The notes under the pieces were generated by a model. That model did no database searches. It had not been told where the DNA came from and worked only from the letters and a program-made list of their open reading frames with translations. Positions 40,283 to 50,192 of a stretch of 64,000 nucleotides of DNA are shown one piece after another. The stretch's first letter is position 1. Each line of letters opens with the position of its first letter. The position numbers and the translations under genes are program-made. Location: positions 13,625-77,624 of the IMG/VR virus record IMGVR_UViG_3300030105_001626; one strand, written 5' to 3'. Source of the stretch: a virus.

Positions 40283-41349
40283 TCAGTTTCTTCCGTATGT
40301 AATGCTTCAACATATAATTCTCTCATTAGTGTTTTGAGTTTTTCATTCTCAACATTGAGAGATAGTCCATCAATATACTTGGACAATATGGTCATTGTAT
40401 CTTCAGCTTGATTAATTATATCATCGTCATTTAATATAAGGTCATCATTGAAGTCCTCAACAATTGCTATGTCAGCTGCACCAGCTTTATATAAGTTATC
40501 GGTTAAATAATCAAACAAAAATGGATTCTGTTTGTGTAGTACAACTACTTTTACATAACTATCTTGGTATTGTTTAAAATCAAAACTTTTAAAGTCTTCA
40601 ATACTTTTGTCTCTATCATCATAACTTATCTTATGAAATATTTCAAATGGGTTCTGTATGAACTCTAATTCTCTTGTGTTCGTATCAAAGATATGAAAAC
40701 CTCTTGGGTCTTTATAATCTGCCCATGTCATTTGACCTGGAGTTCCAACGTAAAATATTTGGCCATCATCTGACTTGTGATGGAAGTGTCCAGATAAAAC
40801 CATATCATACTTGGATAAAAGTGATTTATCAATACCTGTTTGTGAAACTGTGCCTTTGTCCATCTCAAACCCTCGTATCTCAAAATGTCCAATACAAAGT
40901 TGTGACCGACTATTCTTTATTGATTCTTTTATACCTTCTTCGTTGTCATCACATAACCAAGGAACAATGTCTATTGGAATGCCATCAAATTCTTTTGTGA
41001 CAAACTCATCAAAGATTGTAATGTTGTCATATTCGTTTAGTAGTAATTGTGATGAATTAATTTCTAATGTATTACGATAGGTAATGTCATGATTACCTAG
41101 AATAGAATAGAACGTAATGTTATTTTCTTTTAGTTTATTAAAGAAGTATCTACGACATAGATACAGGGAGTTGTAATTGATAAACTTGCGGCGGTCAAAT
41201 AAGTCGCCCATTTGGAATACCGTATCGATGTTATTTTCTTTCAGATACGGAAAGAATACTGTTTCATAAAACTTCTCATAGTGTTTATGGAAGATAACAG
41301 AATCGCCACGCATACCGAAGTGGGTATCGCCTAATATACACATTCTCAT
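40279..41349 (-). CDS. gp47: recombination endonuclease nuclease subunit (Mre11/SbcD-like)
   Basis: GDTHFG, GDLFD, GNHD, SGHFH. Confidence 0.95.
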   Translation of the reverse strand: MRMCILGDTHFGMRGDSVIFHKHYEKFYETVFFPYLKENNIDTVFQMGDLFDRRKFINYNSLYLCRRYFFNKLKENNITFYSILGNHDITYRNTLEINSSQLLLNEYDNITIFDEFVTKEFDGIPIDIVPWLCDDNEEGIKESIKNSRSQLCIGHFEIRGFEMDKGTVSQTGIDKSLLSKYDMVLSGHFHHKSDDGQIFYVGTPGQMTWADYKDPRGFHIFDTNTRELEFIQNPFEIFHKISYDDRDKSIEDFKSFDFKQYQDSYVKVVVLHKQNPFLFDYLTDNLYKAGAADIAIVEDFNDDLILNDDDIINQAEDTMTILSKYIDGLSLNVENEKLKTLMRELYVEALHTEETD

Positions 41350-41352
41350 AAT

Positions 41353-41520
41353 CTAGTCTTCTTTTAGTTTTACTATTTCATCTTTCATTTGTAATTTTTC
41401 TTGTTTCATTTTTACCATAAGTTCATCAGAAAGATATCTTGAATGTGCTTCTTTTATTTTAGAATCAAGGTCTCTATGTTTGGCTTCGAGATGTTTAATT
41501 TTATCTTCTATCAATTCCAT
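41353..41520 (-). CDS. small coiled-coil protein, DUF465/YdcH-like (not in ORF track)
   Basis: MELIEDKIKHLEAKHRDLDSKI...MKQEKLQMKDEI (55 aa). Confidence 0.7.
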   Translation of the reverse strand: MELIEDKIKHLEAKHRDLDSKIKEAHSRYLSDELMVKMKQEKLQMKDEIVKLKED

Positions 41521-41643
41521 TCTCCATAAACAAGTTTAATACTGTCACAATTTTCTTTCATGTCATAGTTGCACTCTTTCAAGAAACCTCCATAACCACA
41601 TGATGATATTATACAAGAAACTAGTATCAATAGAGGCAATTGT

Positions 41644-42261
41644 TTAAGCATCTTTTGTGGCTGCGGCATCTGGTTCAACAAACTTTTCTAAGCCTTTTAT
41701 CTTCTCCTCTTTCTTCTTTCTTTTTGCTTCTTCGAAGTTAAATATAAACTCAGATATGTTTTCATAAAGTTCAAATTGTCTTGTATTCCCTTCGCTGTCT
41801 TCTAACATCTCAAACTCATCTAAAATACCTATTTGCTCAGTAGCTTTATATTTTACATATAGTTGTTTTTTCTCTCTAGTAATTCTTCTGAGAAAAGCAT
41901 AATAGATAATTTGGGTAAAGTAAGCGAATGGATTCTTTGACTTTTCGGGGTTAAAGTTTCTAAAATACATCATACAATTCTCAATTCCATCGGCAATCAT
42001 CTCATCTCTAAATGAGTACGATGCGAAGTTAGGTTTGTGTGATAAATGTTCTGCAATCTTAAGAAAACATTCACCAATATAATTAGGAACTTGTGGTTGA
42101 ATCTCTTTAGCTTTATCTGCAACGTCACATAACCGTTTGTATTCAACAAGTCCTGCTAAAAAGTCAGCATTGTTTACATAGTGTTTTTGACGTTTCTTTG
42201 CTGGCGCTTTAGCAACAACTTTCTTTTCTTTTGGGACTTTTGCTTCTGTTTTTTTAGTCAT
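41644..42261 (-). CDS. gp55: late-transcription sigma factor
   Basis: HYVNN, YIGECFLKIA, NPFAYFTQIIYYAFLRRI. Confidence 0.95.
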   Translation of the reverse strand: MTKKTEAKVPKEKKVVAKAPAKKRQKHYVNNADFLAGLVEYKRLCDVADKAKEIQPQVPNYIGECFLKIAEHLSHKPNFASYSFRDEMIADGIENCMMYFRNFNPEKSKNPFAYFTQIIYYAFLRRITREKKQLYVKYKATEQIGILDEFEMLEDSEGNTRQFELYENISEFIFNFEEAKRKKKEEKIKGLEKFVEPDAAATKDA

Positions 42262-42365
42262 AATATACCTTTCGTTCCAAGTTTGCCTTCATTTCGCTTG
42301 ACAAAGTGCTTGACAAGAGTTATGGTAGCGGTGTTCCGTTTGATTAATGAATGAATAGCTACTCC

Positions 42366-42767
42366 TTACCATCCTTTCTGAAACCCTAAATCGTATGTTA
42401 CTTTATCTAAAAGTGATAACACTCTTTTTCGATAATCAAATCCTAACATACCCGATTTTGTTCCGTTTTCATAAGGAGGAGTTCTATTGAATTTCGTATA
42501 TTGTTGTGAAGTTAAATCAATTATCTTTCCATCAGTGTCGACACACCACCAATGATAGATGTTTTCATCATCTAAAGCTCGATTCAATTTTAATGTTTTT
42601 GTTCCAAATATTTTCTGTAAACAACCAGAGGCTGTGTGACAATGCCCAAACATTGGATTAGATTTATTTCTTTCGACCCACTTCTTAGGTAACATGTCTT
42701 CCGATAAATTATTATATATCGCTTTAGATACCATCTTCAAATTCTTTTCATTATATTCTATTGTCAT
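42366..42767 (-). CDS. hypothetical protein
   Basis: GHC...HWW...IDLTSQQ, possible Cys-His-Asp (transglutaminase-like/YunG-like) set. Confidence 0.6.
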   Translation of the reverse strand: MTIEYNEKNLKMVSKAIYNNLSEDMLPKKWVERNKSNPMFGHCHTASGCLQKIFGTKTLKLNRALDDENIYHWWCVDTDGKIIDLTSQQYTKFNRTPPYENGTKSGMLGFDYRKRVLSLLDKVTYDLGFQKGW

Positions 42768-42768
42768 A

Positions 42769-43200
42769 TTAATGTAGTTTACTTTTATCCGGTTTATTTA
42801 CAGTATTTAAATAATCATCCATCACTGATGCATCATCATCATAGTATTCTTCAATCTCAGATTCTGTTTGTGTTCTCAAATTAAAGTCTTCGAGAACTCC
42901 GTTTGAGTTATTAGCTTCACGAGTTACAGTTTCAATTGCATTTAAATAATACTCGACTAGACTATTTTTAGGATTAGTAAAGGTAACAATCTCCCTGTTA
43001 TTTAATGTGGCCATATTATCAGATATTATCTCAATTGGCAACCATGGGACCATCATCATTACCGAGCCTTTAGCTGAGCGTCTCACCATAAGGACCATAG
43101 GTCTGTTTAGTATTGTTGATTCAGAATCAGAAGTGATATCGGCGATAACATCTTCGCCAGATTGAAGTCTCACTAATTTAATGTTTAATTGATTATCCAT
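42769..43200 (-). CDS. conserved T4-like hypothetical protein downstream of uvsW
   Basis: IKLVRLQSGEDVIA N-terminus. Confidence 0.7.
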   Translation of the reverse strand: MDNQLNIKLVRLQSGEDVIADITSDSESTILNRPMVLMVRRSAKGSVMMMVPWLPIEIISDNMATLNNREIVTFTNPKNSLVEYYLNAIETVTREANNSNGVLEDFNLRTQTESEIEEYYDDDASVMDDYLNTVNKPDKSKLH

Positions 43201-44662
43201 TTTTTAGCTCGATGTTGTAAAATTTATATTTGAACTTCTCGTCATCATATATTTTCATTCTTTCAATAAAATGTTTTAATGTATAATTGGTAAATTTACC
43301 AACTCTAAAATCATCCGCAATATCAAATAATGTTGCTGCTCTTTTGTCATCACCTACTCTAAGGCCTCGACCAATTGATTGTAAATTACGAATACGAGAT
43401 TTACTTGGTGATGCAAAGATAATGTTGTGTAAGTTCCTTATATTTATGCCTGTCGAAAAAGTACCATATGATGCAACAATAATAGCATCCTTTTCTTTCT
43501 CTGTAATTCCTCGAATAGCTTCTCTTGTTTCCGTATCAGTTCCTCCAAATACAAAAAAAACCTTTCTTTTTTTCGCATGGTCTTTTATGTTAGCATATAA
43601 AGCTTTACCATGTTTCTCAACAAATTGGAATAGTATAAGTGAATTGCCGTTAAGTGATAACGCTAAGTTTCGTATAAAATCATTTCGGGCATTGTTCTTA
43701 ACAATAAAATCAATTTCTTGTTGATAGTCCCACGTTTTGCATTGTTTACAAAGTGGCTCAGGATACTTTAACACTAAACACTTTATATTAAAATCAGATA
43801 AATGTTTCTTTGCAATTAAATCTGCAGTTGTTGTTGCACGATAAACAGGACCAAAAAGTCCTTCTAACACCAAACGATGTGTTTGTGTGCCGTCTAATGT
43901 GCCTGTTGTTCCTATTCTATATCTAGCATTTGTACAAGCAGACATAATTGTTGCCAGTGACTTGGCTTTAAATTGATGTGCTTCATCGCCGAGTACAAAA
44001 TCAAATTGTTCAAAGTAATCGGGTGGGTTTTTATAAACAGATTGCCATGTGGTAATCGTTAAGAAATTATTTGTATGTTTGTCTTTACCAGAGTATTGTC
44101 TATGGCAATATTTTTCAGAATCAAATCCATAAGACTTAAAATCTGTATACATTTGTTCAACAAGAGATGTTGTTGGAACGATTAGAAGACCTTTCTGCAG
44201 CTCATTTGTTAAGAGATGTCTGACTATCAAGTATAATATCAAAGACTTACCAGACGCTGTTGGAGACAACAGGAGAAGCCTTTTATTGCGTATAGCAGTG
44301 ATGAATGATTTTAGTTGGTAGTCTCTAACTACATGAGGGAGATTCAATGTATCTACGAAAGCTTTAGCCTCGACCACTGAAAATACATCAGTTGAATTGA
44401 CATCATCATCTATCAAACATTCATAGTTACGTTCAACACAAAACTCTTTAATGTATGGAGTAAGACCGTGATAAATTTGAAAGTTTCTTAAGTCGAGCAA
44501 CCTTATTTTTCCATCCCAAATTCTTGACTTATATGCAGGAGTATATTGATAACCTGGAACATGAAAGGTAAAATGGTCAGATAGCTCTTGAGCAAGGCCT
44601 CTTTCACATTCAACTTTAATGAACGACTCGTTTAATTTATGAAGTTGTATTGTATCAGTCAT
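43193..44662 (-). CDS. uvsW: DNA helicase
   Basis: SPTASGKS, DEAH, QSIGRGLR. Confidence 0.95.
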   Translation of the reverse strand: MTDTIQLHKLNESFIKVECERGLAQELSDHFTFHVPGYQYTPAYKSRIWDGKIRLLDLRNFQIYHGLTPYIKEFCVERNYECLIDDDVNSTDVFSVVEAKAFVDTLNLPHVVRDYQLKSFITAIRNKRLLLLSPTASGKSLILYLIVRHLLTNELQKGLLIVPTTSLVEQMYTDFKSYGFDSEKYCHRQYSGKDKHTNNFLTITTWQSVYKNPPDYFEQFDFVLGDEAHQFKAKSLATIMSACTNARYRIGTTGTLDGTQTHRLVLEGLFGPVYRATTTADLIAKKHLSDFNIKCLVLKYPEPLCKQCKTWDYQQEIDFIVKNNARNDFIRNLALSLNGNSLILFQFVEKHGKALYANIKDHAKKRKVFFVFGGTDTETREAIRGITEKEKDAIIVASYGTFSTGINIRNLHNIIFASPSKSRIRNLQSIGRGLRVGDDKRAATLFDIADDFRVGKFTNYTLKHFIERMKIYDDEKFKYKFYNIELKNG

Positions 44663-45112
44663 TTATACGCCTTGAATGAATTTTTCCCAATCAATAAACG
44701 ATTTCAACTGAAACGTTCTACTATGAAGTTCTTTCATAATAGTTTCACATACAGTGACTATCTCTTCGTGAAGAGCTTTAGATGCTTTATACTTGTTGAT
44801 GTCTTCATCACTATCAAGATATGTAGTTATCTCAGATTTAAGAACATATGGAAATGGTTCCCATCCATGCTTACTTAAATCTTCATCATCTAATTTACCT
44901 GTATAATATTCCCACTTCAATCGTTTCATGCGATTTAATTTAAAATCAACATCTTTAACGAGCAATCTATGGTGAGAAAGTATGTTTAAATATTTACTAT
45001 GATGTAGTGGAATCTTTGTGAGTTCTTTACCTGGCTCTGTTCGGTCAAGGTCAGAATCTTTTCTCCACATCTCAAGTAACTCTTCTAGTTGTTTCATAAT
45101 ATAATTCTCCAA
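44663..45112 (-). CDS. uvsY: recombination mediator
   Basis: IPLHHSKYL, KWEYYTGK; synteny with uvsW; true start may be the ATG at about 45097. Confidence 0.88.
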   Translation of the reverse strand: MENYIMKQLEELLEMWRKDSDLDRTEPGKELTKIPLHHSKYLNILSHHRLLVKDVDFKLNRMKRLKWEYYTGKLDDEDLSKHGWEPFPYVLKSEITTYLDSDEDINKYKASKALHEEIVTVCETIMKELHSRTFQLKSFIDWEKFIQGV

Positions 45113-45121
45113 TTAATTTGG

Positions 45122-45150
45122 ATTATAACAGGTTGGCATTCTGTTGTCAA
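45122..45150 (-). promoter_or_regulatory. consensus sigma70 promoter upstream of uvsY
   Basis: TTGACA-N17-TATAAT. Confidence 0.9.
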
Positions 45151-45155
45151 GCGTT

Positions 45156-45695
45156 TTAGTAAAGTTTTTCTATATCGAAGTATGTGTACCGAAAAGTAGC
45201 ATCTGCAGTCAACAGTTCATCTGGACCAGAAGACGATGACATAATAAATGTGGAAAGAGTGGTTGGGAAAGCATCTTTAAAATGAATTTTAACATAAGGA
45301 ATATTAGACGATGATAAAAGAGTTAGTGTTGCATCAGAATATTGAGGAGTTTTAGTCTGAGTTAATGTAGCGGCTTTGTTAAGTCTACTGAGACCTTTAT
45401 AATCTTCAAAATCTTCTGGAAATGTCATAGCACGAATCCAATCATGAACTTCAATCCATGAACCCATTCTCTCATCAATCAAAAATGTTACATTGAATAT
45501 ATCGTAAATTGCTTTATCACCAGGTGCAAAGATGTCTACGAAGGGAGTAGATTGAGGAGTTTCAGACATTGAGATGCCTGGAACTGAAACAGATTGACAG
45601 AAATATGACATATTTGGTAGTCTATCAAAATTCAAAACATACTTGTTTGGTTGAAGAAAATTAGGATTAACTGGATTTCTATCTGTAGCTGCCAT
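45156..45695 (-). CDS. gp3: tail tube terminator / sheath stabiliser
   Basis: NFLQP, YFCQSVSVPG, YSDATL, DAFPT. Confidence 0.88.
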   Translation of the reverse strand: MAATDRNPVNPNFLQPNKYVLNFDRLPNMSYFCQSVSVPGISMSETPQSTPFVDIFAPGDKAIYDIFNVTFLIDERMGSWIEVHDWIRAMTFPEDFEDYKGLSRLNKAATLTQTKTPQYSDATLTLLSSSNIPYVKIHFKDAFPTTLSTFIMSSSSGPDELLTADATFRYTYFDIEKLY

Positions 45696-45745
45696 TTAAT
45701 TTGTCCATACTATTATTATTATATTATCTATTTATGCTAGTTATT

Positions 45746-45820
45746 TTGTTGTTATTTTTGCAGTCATTATTAACAACAAACTGAATTGTTGTTATTTTAG
45801 CAGTCATTATTAACAACAAA
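45746..45820. repeat. two 35-bp direct repeats (period 40, one mismatch), each with 9-bp inverted ends
   Basis: TTGTTGTTATTTTWGCAGTCATTATTAACAACAAA at 45746 and 45786. Confidence 0.9.
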
Positions 45821-45828
45821 TAGCAGAC

Positions 45829-45857
45829 AAAAAAATACCCACTATTTCTAGTGGGTA
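45829..45857 (-). terminator. terminator after major capsid gene
   Basis: TACCCACTA-GAAA-TAGTGGGTA followed by T7. Confidence 0.9.
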
Positions 45858-45908
45858 CCTTTTCGTGAATCTTCATTACTACTCACAAATAAATGTGAGT
45901 CAAAGTGA

Positions 45909-47249
45909 CTACATTAAGTTAGAAACTTTGAATGAACGGTAATAAACATTTGCTACAGCAGCTCCGACACCAGAACCAGCAGCAGCAGTGCCAGCTGAGA
46001 ATGGATTTCTTTGCATACCATATCGTGTTTTGAAACCGATTTTAGGTTGGAATGTACCAGTATCAACTGCACGAACCATTTGTAATGGAACATACGGACA
46101 ATAGAACAGACCAGCATCATAAGCGTTTGAGCCTTTATAACCAACAACTGCAAACTCTTTAGATGTAGTACTTGTGATAGCATATGGGTCTATATAGACT
46201 TTAATTCTACCGAATAACATGCCTGCATATGTATTACCTGAATCATCTACAGTTAAGTTAGTTTGTGCTTGTAAAGCAGGATTGTAGTCTAAAAGACCAG
46301 ACATTGCAAGAGCAGAAGCTACGTCAGAAGTAACAAGGATGAAATTACCTTTTCCTCTACGAGTTTCTTTAGCAATCTGATTAGCTTCTCTTTCTAATTG
46401 AAAAGCAAGTCCTTTAATTTTCTCTACCATCCAACGACCGTTTGAATCAGTATCTAAATCAAAATTACCAGCAGATGTTGTTCCTACTTGACAACCAATT
46501 TTAGCAGTCTTGTAGATAGTTCTAACAACTTCTCTGTTAATTTCTGCAAGAATTTCAGCAGAAAGGATATTAGCTAATTCTGTTTCAGCGTCAAGACCGT
46601 GAACTGCTTTTAAGTCTTGTGCTAATTCGATAGAGTATTCTGCTTTAAGTGCTCTTGATACAGCAGTAACAGTTACTTTTTCGATTTTAAATGCCATTTC
46701 AGCAAATGTGTTTGCAGCGATACCAGCTTCTGCCTGAGCAGTAGTCATACCAGTTGGTGCCATACCTGCAGCAGCATTATTTGTGAATGTTCTAGCATCG
46801 TTACCACCAGCAGCTGCAGTAGCATCTACTTGTAGAGGAGAATTAACAACAGCATTACCAGAGAAACCAGATTGAACTTCGTTGTAGAAGTTTTCATTGC
46901 CGCCTTGTGTAGTATATGTAGAACGCATTGCAAAGATAAGACCAGTAGGTCCTGTCATTGGCTGAACGCCACATATATCATATGCGATTAAGTTAGGTAA
47001 AGAACGTCTAACTAGTGAGATTAAGATTGGGTCAAAGTTACCGATGTTAGCGCCGGTTGAATTAGCTGGTGCAACTTCGTCAAGTTGTTGCATGCTAGTA
47101 GAACCAGTTTGGTCTTTTGACATTTCGTTATACTGATTTTCAAGAATAACAGCAGTAACTGCTTTCTTGTATGGGTCAGCAATAGGTGCTAAATCTGGAT
47201 GATTTAGTACGCCTTCCCATTTTGTTTGTAGTGATTCGGACAAATACAT
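45909..47249 (-). CDS. gp23: major capsid protein
   Basis: CGVQPMTGPTGLIFAMR, ELAQDLKAVHGLDAE, FQPKIGFKTRYG. Confidence 0.98.
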   Translation of the reverse strand: MYLSESLQTKWEGVLNHPDLAPIADPYKKAVTAVILENQYNEMSKDQTGSTSMQQLDEVAPANSTGANIGNFDPILISLVRRSLPNLIAYDICGVQPMTGPTGLIFAMRSTYTTQGGNENFYNEVQSGFSGNAVVNSPLQVDATAAAGGNDARTFTNNAAAGMAPTGMTTAQAEAGIAANTFAEMAFKIEKVTVTAVSRALKAEYSIELAQDLKAVHGLDAETELANILSAEILAEINREVVRTIYKTAKIGCQVGTTSAGNFDLDTDSNGRWMVEKIKGLAFQLEREANQIAKETRRGKGNFILVTSDVASALAMSGLLDYNPALQAQTNLTVDDSGNTYAGMLFGRIKVYIDPYAITSTTSKEFAVVGYKGSNAYDAGLFYCPYVPLQMVRAVDTGTFQPKIGFKTRYGMQRNPFSAGTAAAGSGVGAAVANVYYRSFKVSNLM

Positions 47250-47274
47250 TGTGTACTCCTAATTGTTTATATTA

Positions 47275-48444
47275 TTATTTCTTTGTATTACTAATTGCAG
47301 AAGTTACAGCATTAACAAATGGGTCAAATGACTTTTGTTTTGCTGTTGAAGCCGCAGCTTCTTCCGCAGATTCTATTTCTTCATGTAACATTTCTTCACC
47401 TGGTTTCTTAATTCCTGTAGGGAAGTAGTTCTCACGGATTGATTCAAGTTTATCTTTGTATTCATCCTCTGTGGAGAATTCAACGCTCTCTGCGAGTGTT
47501 TTAATTTTTGCAACTTGAGTATCAATAAGACCTTCTGTCACTTGATGAGCAATTTCGTTTTTACGAGATTCAGTTAGTTCTTTTTTATATTCAATACCTC
47601 TTTCGATTTCTTCGTCAAGTTTGCTTTCAAGTTCTTCAACTTTAGTAGCTAACTCGTCAACTAAATCAACTTTTTCTGCAGGAACATCAATATAATGTTC
47701 AGCAAATAAATTTCTCATTCCTGAGATAAATTCTTCAGTTAGTTCTGAGCGTAAACCAGATTCAATAGCAATTTCGTTATCGCCCATCCACTGTTCTACA
47801 ACATACGAAAGATAGCCGTCAACTTTTTCTGTTAAGTCTACTTTAATAGCATCAACAGTTTCTTCTAATTGACCAGCATACTTAGCTTCAATTTCTTCTT
47901 CAATCTGAACAACACGGTCAAGAACACGAGCTTCAAAGATTGTAGATGCCTTAGCACGGAAATCTTCTGAAATTGTCTTATCATCAGCAAATAGTGCATC
48001 GATATCTTCTTTCATTTTTTCTTTCCTTTTTTCATCTTCCTCTTCGTCATCATCATCGTCATCGTCATCATCGTCTGAATCATCTTTAGAGTGTTTTTTA
48101 TCTTTTTTATCTTCGTCATCATGCTCTTCAGCTTCAATAACTACTGTTTCATCTTCAACAGGTTCTAAAACCTCTTCGTCTTCTACAGTATCTTCATTTT
48201 TCTGACTAGCAGATGCAGCTGATGGATGCATTTTGTAGTCTGCAACATTTTTGGCGTGATTGCCCTTTTCGTCTGTAGCTTTAACTTTGATAGAATCTCC
48301 AGGATTAGTGGCTGTTTTATTATCCATTCCTCCTAAATCTTCGACCTCTGAGCCAGCCATTTTTTGCATTGGCATAGAGCCTGCGTTACGCTTGCTTTGA
48401 GCAAGAATATCTGCAGCCGCTTCCATTAATTTGTTTATTGCCAT
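47275..48444 (-). CDS. gp22: prohead core scaffold protein
   Basis: KASTIFEA, YLSYVVEQW; position between gp21 and gp23. Confidence 0.92.
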   Translation of the reverse strand: MAINKLMEAAADILAQSKRNAGSMPMQKMAGSEVEDLGGMDNKTATNPGDSIKVKATDEKGNHAKNVADYKMHPSAASASQKNEDTVEDEEVLEPVEDETVVIEAEEHDDEDKKDKKHSKDDSDDDDDDDDDDEEEDEKRKEKMKEDIDALFADDKTISEDFRAKASTIFEARVLDRVVQIEEEIEAKYAGQLEETVDAIKVDLTEKVDGYLSYVVEQWMGDNEIAIESGLRSELTEEFISGMRNLFAEHYIDVPAEKVDLVDELATKVEELESKLDEEIERGIEYKKELTESRKNEIAHQVTEGLIDTQVAKIKTLAESVEFSTEDEYKDKLESIRENYFPTGIKKPGEEMLHEEIESAEEAAASTAKQKSFDPFVNAVTSAISNTKK

Positions 48445-48469
48445 TAGAATTTCTCCTTGTGTATTTTTC

Positions 48470-48477
48470 TATTTATA
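48470..48477 (-). promoter_or_regulatory. late promoter TATAAATA for gp22/gp23
   Basis: Exact consensus, intergenic. Confidence 0.85.
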
Positions 48478-48480
48478 ATT

Positions 48481-49131
48481 TTAAAGTTTTCGTAAATATG
48501 ATTCGAATAAATTTAAAGCAACCGCTTCGATTTCTCTAGCAGAAGCTCTCTTTATTGTTCGTTTAGCATGGTCAAAATCTGATTCAACAAATCGTCCTTC
48601 AACAAACATCCATTCTTTATTTTCCATTATGCCATTAACAAAAGCACCTGGAGCTGAGGGGTCAGCAACAATATCAGCTGCGGTTGCAAGTTTTAAATCA
48701 TCTTGCACTAAATTATATCCTTCTTTAGATTGTACCACAGAGCCTAAAGCTCTCGATGATACTCCGACACTAACGTCATTATCTATAAAGTTTTTAACAA
48801 TCTCTCCATAGGGTGTTTCTAAAATTTGTGCTTTGCCGTAGAATGTATTACCATCTTCTTCTAATTTTACAATTTTATGTGATACTCTTTCAAGATTAAT
48901 TGTTGGTGTGTCAGGATGTCCTAGTTCACCTAATGCACGATTAGTTTTAATGTAATCTTCATTATAACGTTTAACTTCGTTTCGAAGTGTGTCCATTTTA
49001 TACATTCGATTATTACGATTTACTGTGTCGCCAACCAAAAAGGTGCCTTCAATAAATAACTGTTTTTTGCCTTCTTTTGTTTCTTCAGTTAGATATTTAA
49101 CATCCTCTACGGTTTCTCTTATTAGTTTCAT
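48481..49131 (-). CDS. gp21: prohead protease
   Basis: ALGELGHP, GVSSRALGS, DIVADPSAP. Confidence 0.96.
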   Translation of the reverse strand: MKLIRETVEDVKYLTEETKEGKKQLFIEGTFLVGDTVNRNNRMYKMDTLRNEVKRYNEDYIKTNRALGELGHPDTPTINLERVSHKIVKLEEDGNTFYGKAQILETPYGEIVKNFIDNDVSVGVSSRALGSVVQSKEGYNLVQDDLKLATAADIVADPSAPGAFVNGIMENKEWMFVEGRFVESDFDHAKRTIKRASAREIEAVALNLFESYLRKL

Positions 49132-49135
49132 TCTA

Positions 49136-49729
49136 TTATTCTCCGAGAGCTATTTTTGTACCAAGACAAGGACTGGCCGCATAAATTTTATCATCATATT
49201 CTTTAACTACATACATTATCGGTTCAGCAAAATTATTGGGATTCATTGTAAACGAACCTTTAATAGCACCAGTAGCTGTCGTTACTGTAATTTTATTTGT
49301 CGCATCATGAGTATTAATAAGTCTTACTCGTCTCGCATAATTAATATTTTGAGGACTACCATTAACTTTAAATGTTAAACCTGTTGTAGTACCAGCAACT
49401 GTAACAACTGGTGTGCCATCTGTATTTTCAAGTTGAGCTGTTAATGAAAGTGGCCATGCCTGTACATCTGTCTCATTTCCACTAACGAGTTGACCAGTAA
49501 CCTGTTTAACTCTATAGAAATTATTTGCACCATTATTATATCCTACGATACGACCAGCTGGTTGTGTACCAGTTACTACTATTGTATCGCCAACATTAAC
49601 TGGAGCACCAGTTGATATTGTTATCTCAAAAGCTGTATCTGCTACAGCAACTGTACCGATTGTTGGACTGGCTGCACCAAGAACTGTTAAAGTCACTTCG
49701 GCCGATTGTACTTGTATATTCTGTGTCAT
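49136..49729 (-). CDS. hypothetical beta-rich structural protein
   Basis: Thr/Val/Gly-rich protein in the head operon. Confidence 0.6.
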   Translation of the reverse strand: MTQNIQVQSAEVTLTVLGAASPTIGTVAVADTAFEITISTGAPVNVGDTIVVTGTQPAGRIVGYNNGANNFYRVKQVTGQLVSGNETDVQAWPLSLTAQLENTDGTPVVTVAGTTTGLTFKVNGSPQNINYARRVRLINTHDATNKITVTTATGAIKGSFTMNPNNFAEPIMYVVKEYDDKIYAASPCLGTKIALGE

Positions 49730-49730
49730 T

Positions 49731-50192
49731 TTATTTTAATCCCATTGCACTTCTTCTACGCAAAGACATCCTTCTTTTAATGAGAGAGCGGCGCAGTTTC
49801 GCTCTTCTTGTCGTTTTCCATGCTCTTCTTAATAGTCTAGCTTTCTTCAATCTTGTTGTGGCAGGTATTCTTCTTACCGTATTTCCAGAAATCTTATAGC
49901 CTTTAAGTCTAGACCGCCTTCTATTCTTCTGAACTGTAATTCTACCTTTTTTATTACGTCTTATTCTTTTACGAATTCTTCTGACACGACCCATATTAAT
50001 TATGTTTGGGTTTCTTTTAGCAACTTCATCTAACTCTTCAATTGAAGGTTCTTCAATAAGGTCAAATCTATCAGCTGCAGCATACTTTTTTGCTTCTTCT
50101 AGATACTTAGATGATATCTCATTCAGTCTAGCAACAATTAAATCTTTTGCTTCGTCTAATTTATTAGATATAAGTAAGTCTAAAAAACTCAT
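49731..50192 (-). CDS. prohead core protein (gp68-like, Arg-rich)
   Basis: KRRMSLRRR C-terminus; synteny before gp21. Confidence 0.7.
   Translation of the reverse strand: MSFLDLLISNKLDEAKDLIVARLNEISSKYLEEAKKYAAADRFDLIEEPSIEELDEVAKRNPNIINMGRVRRIRKRIRRNKKGRITVQKNRRRSRLKGYKISGNTVRRIPATTRLKKARLLRRAWKTTRRAKLRRSLIKRRMSLRRRSAMGLK

Noticed and set aside
41511-41582. 23-codon TTG-start micro-ORF after GGAGG
   Set aside because: Too short and has no recognisable motif; cannot be supported
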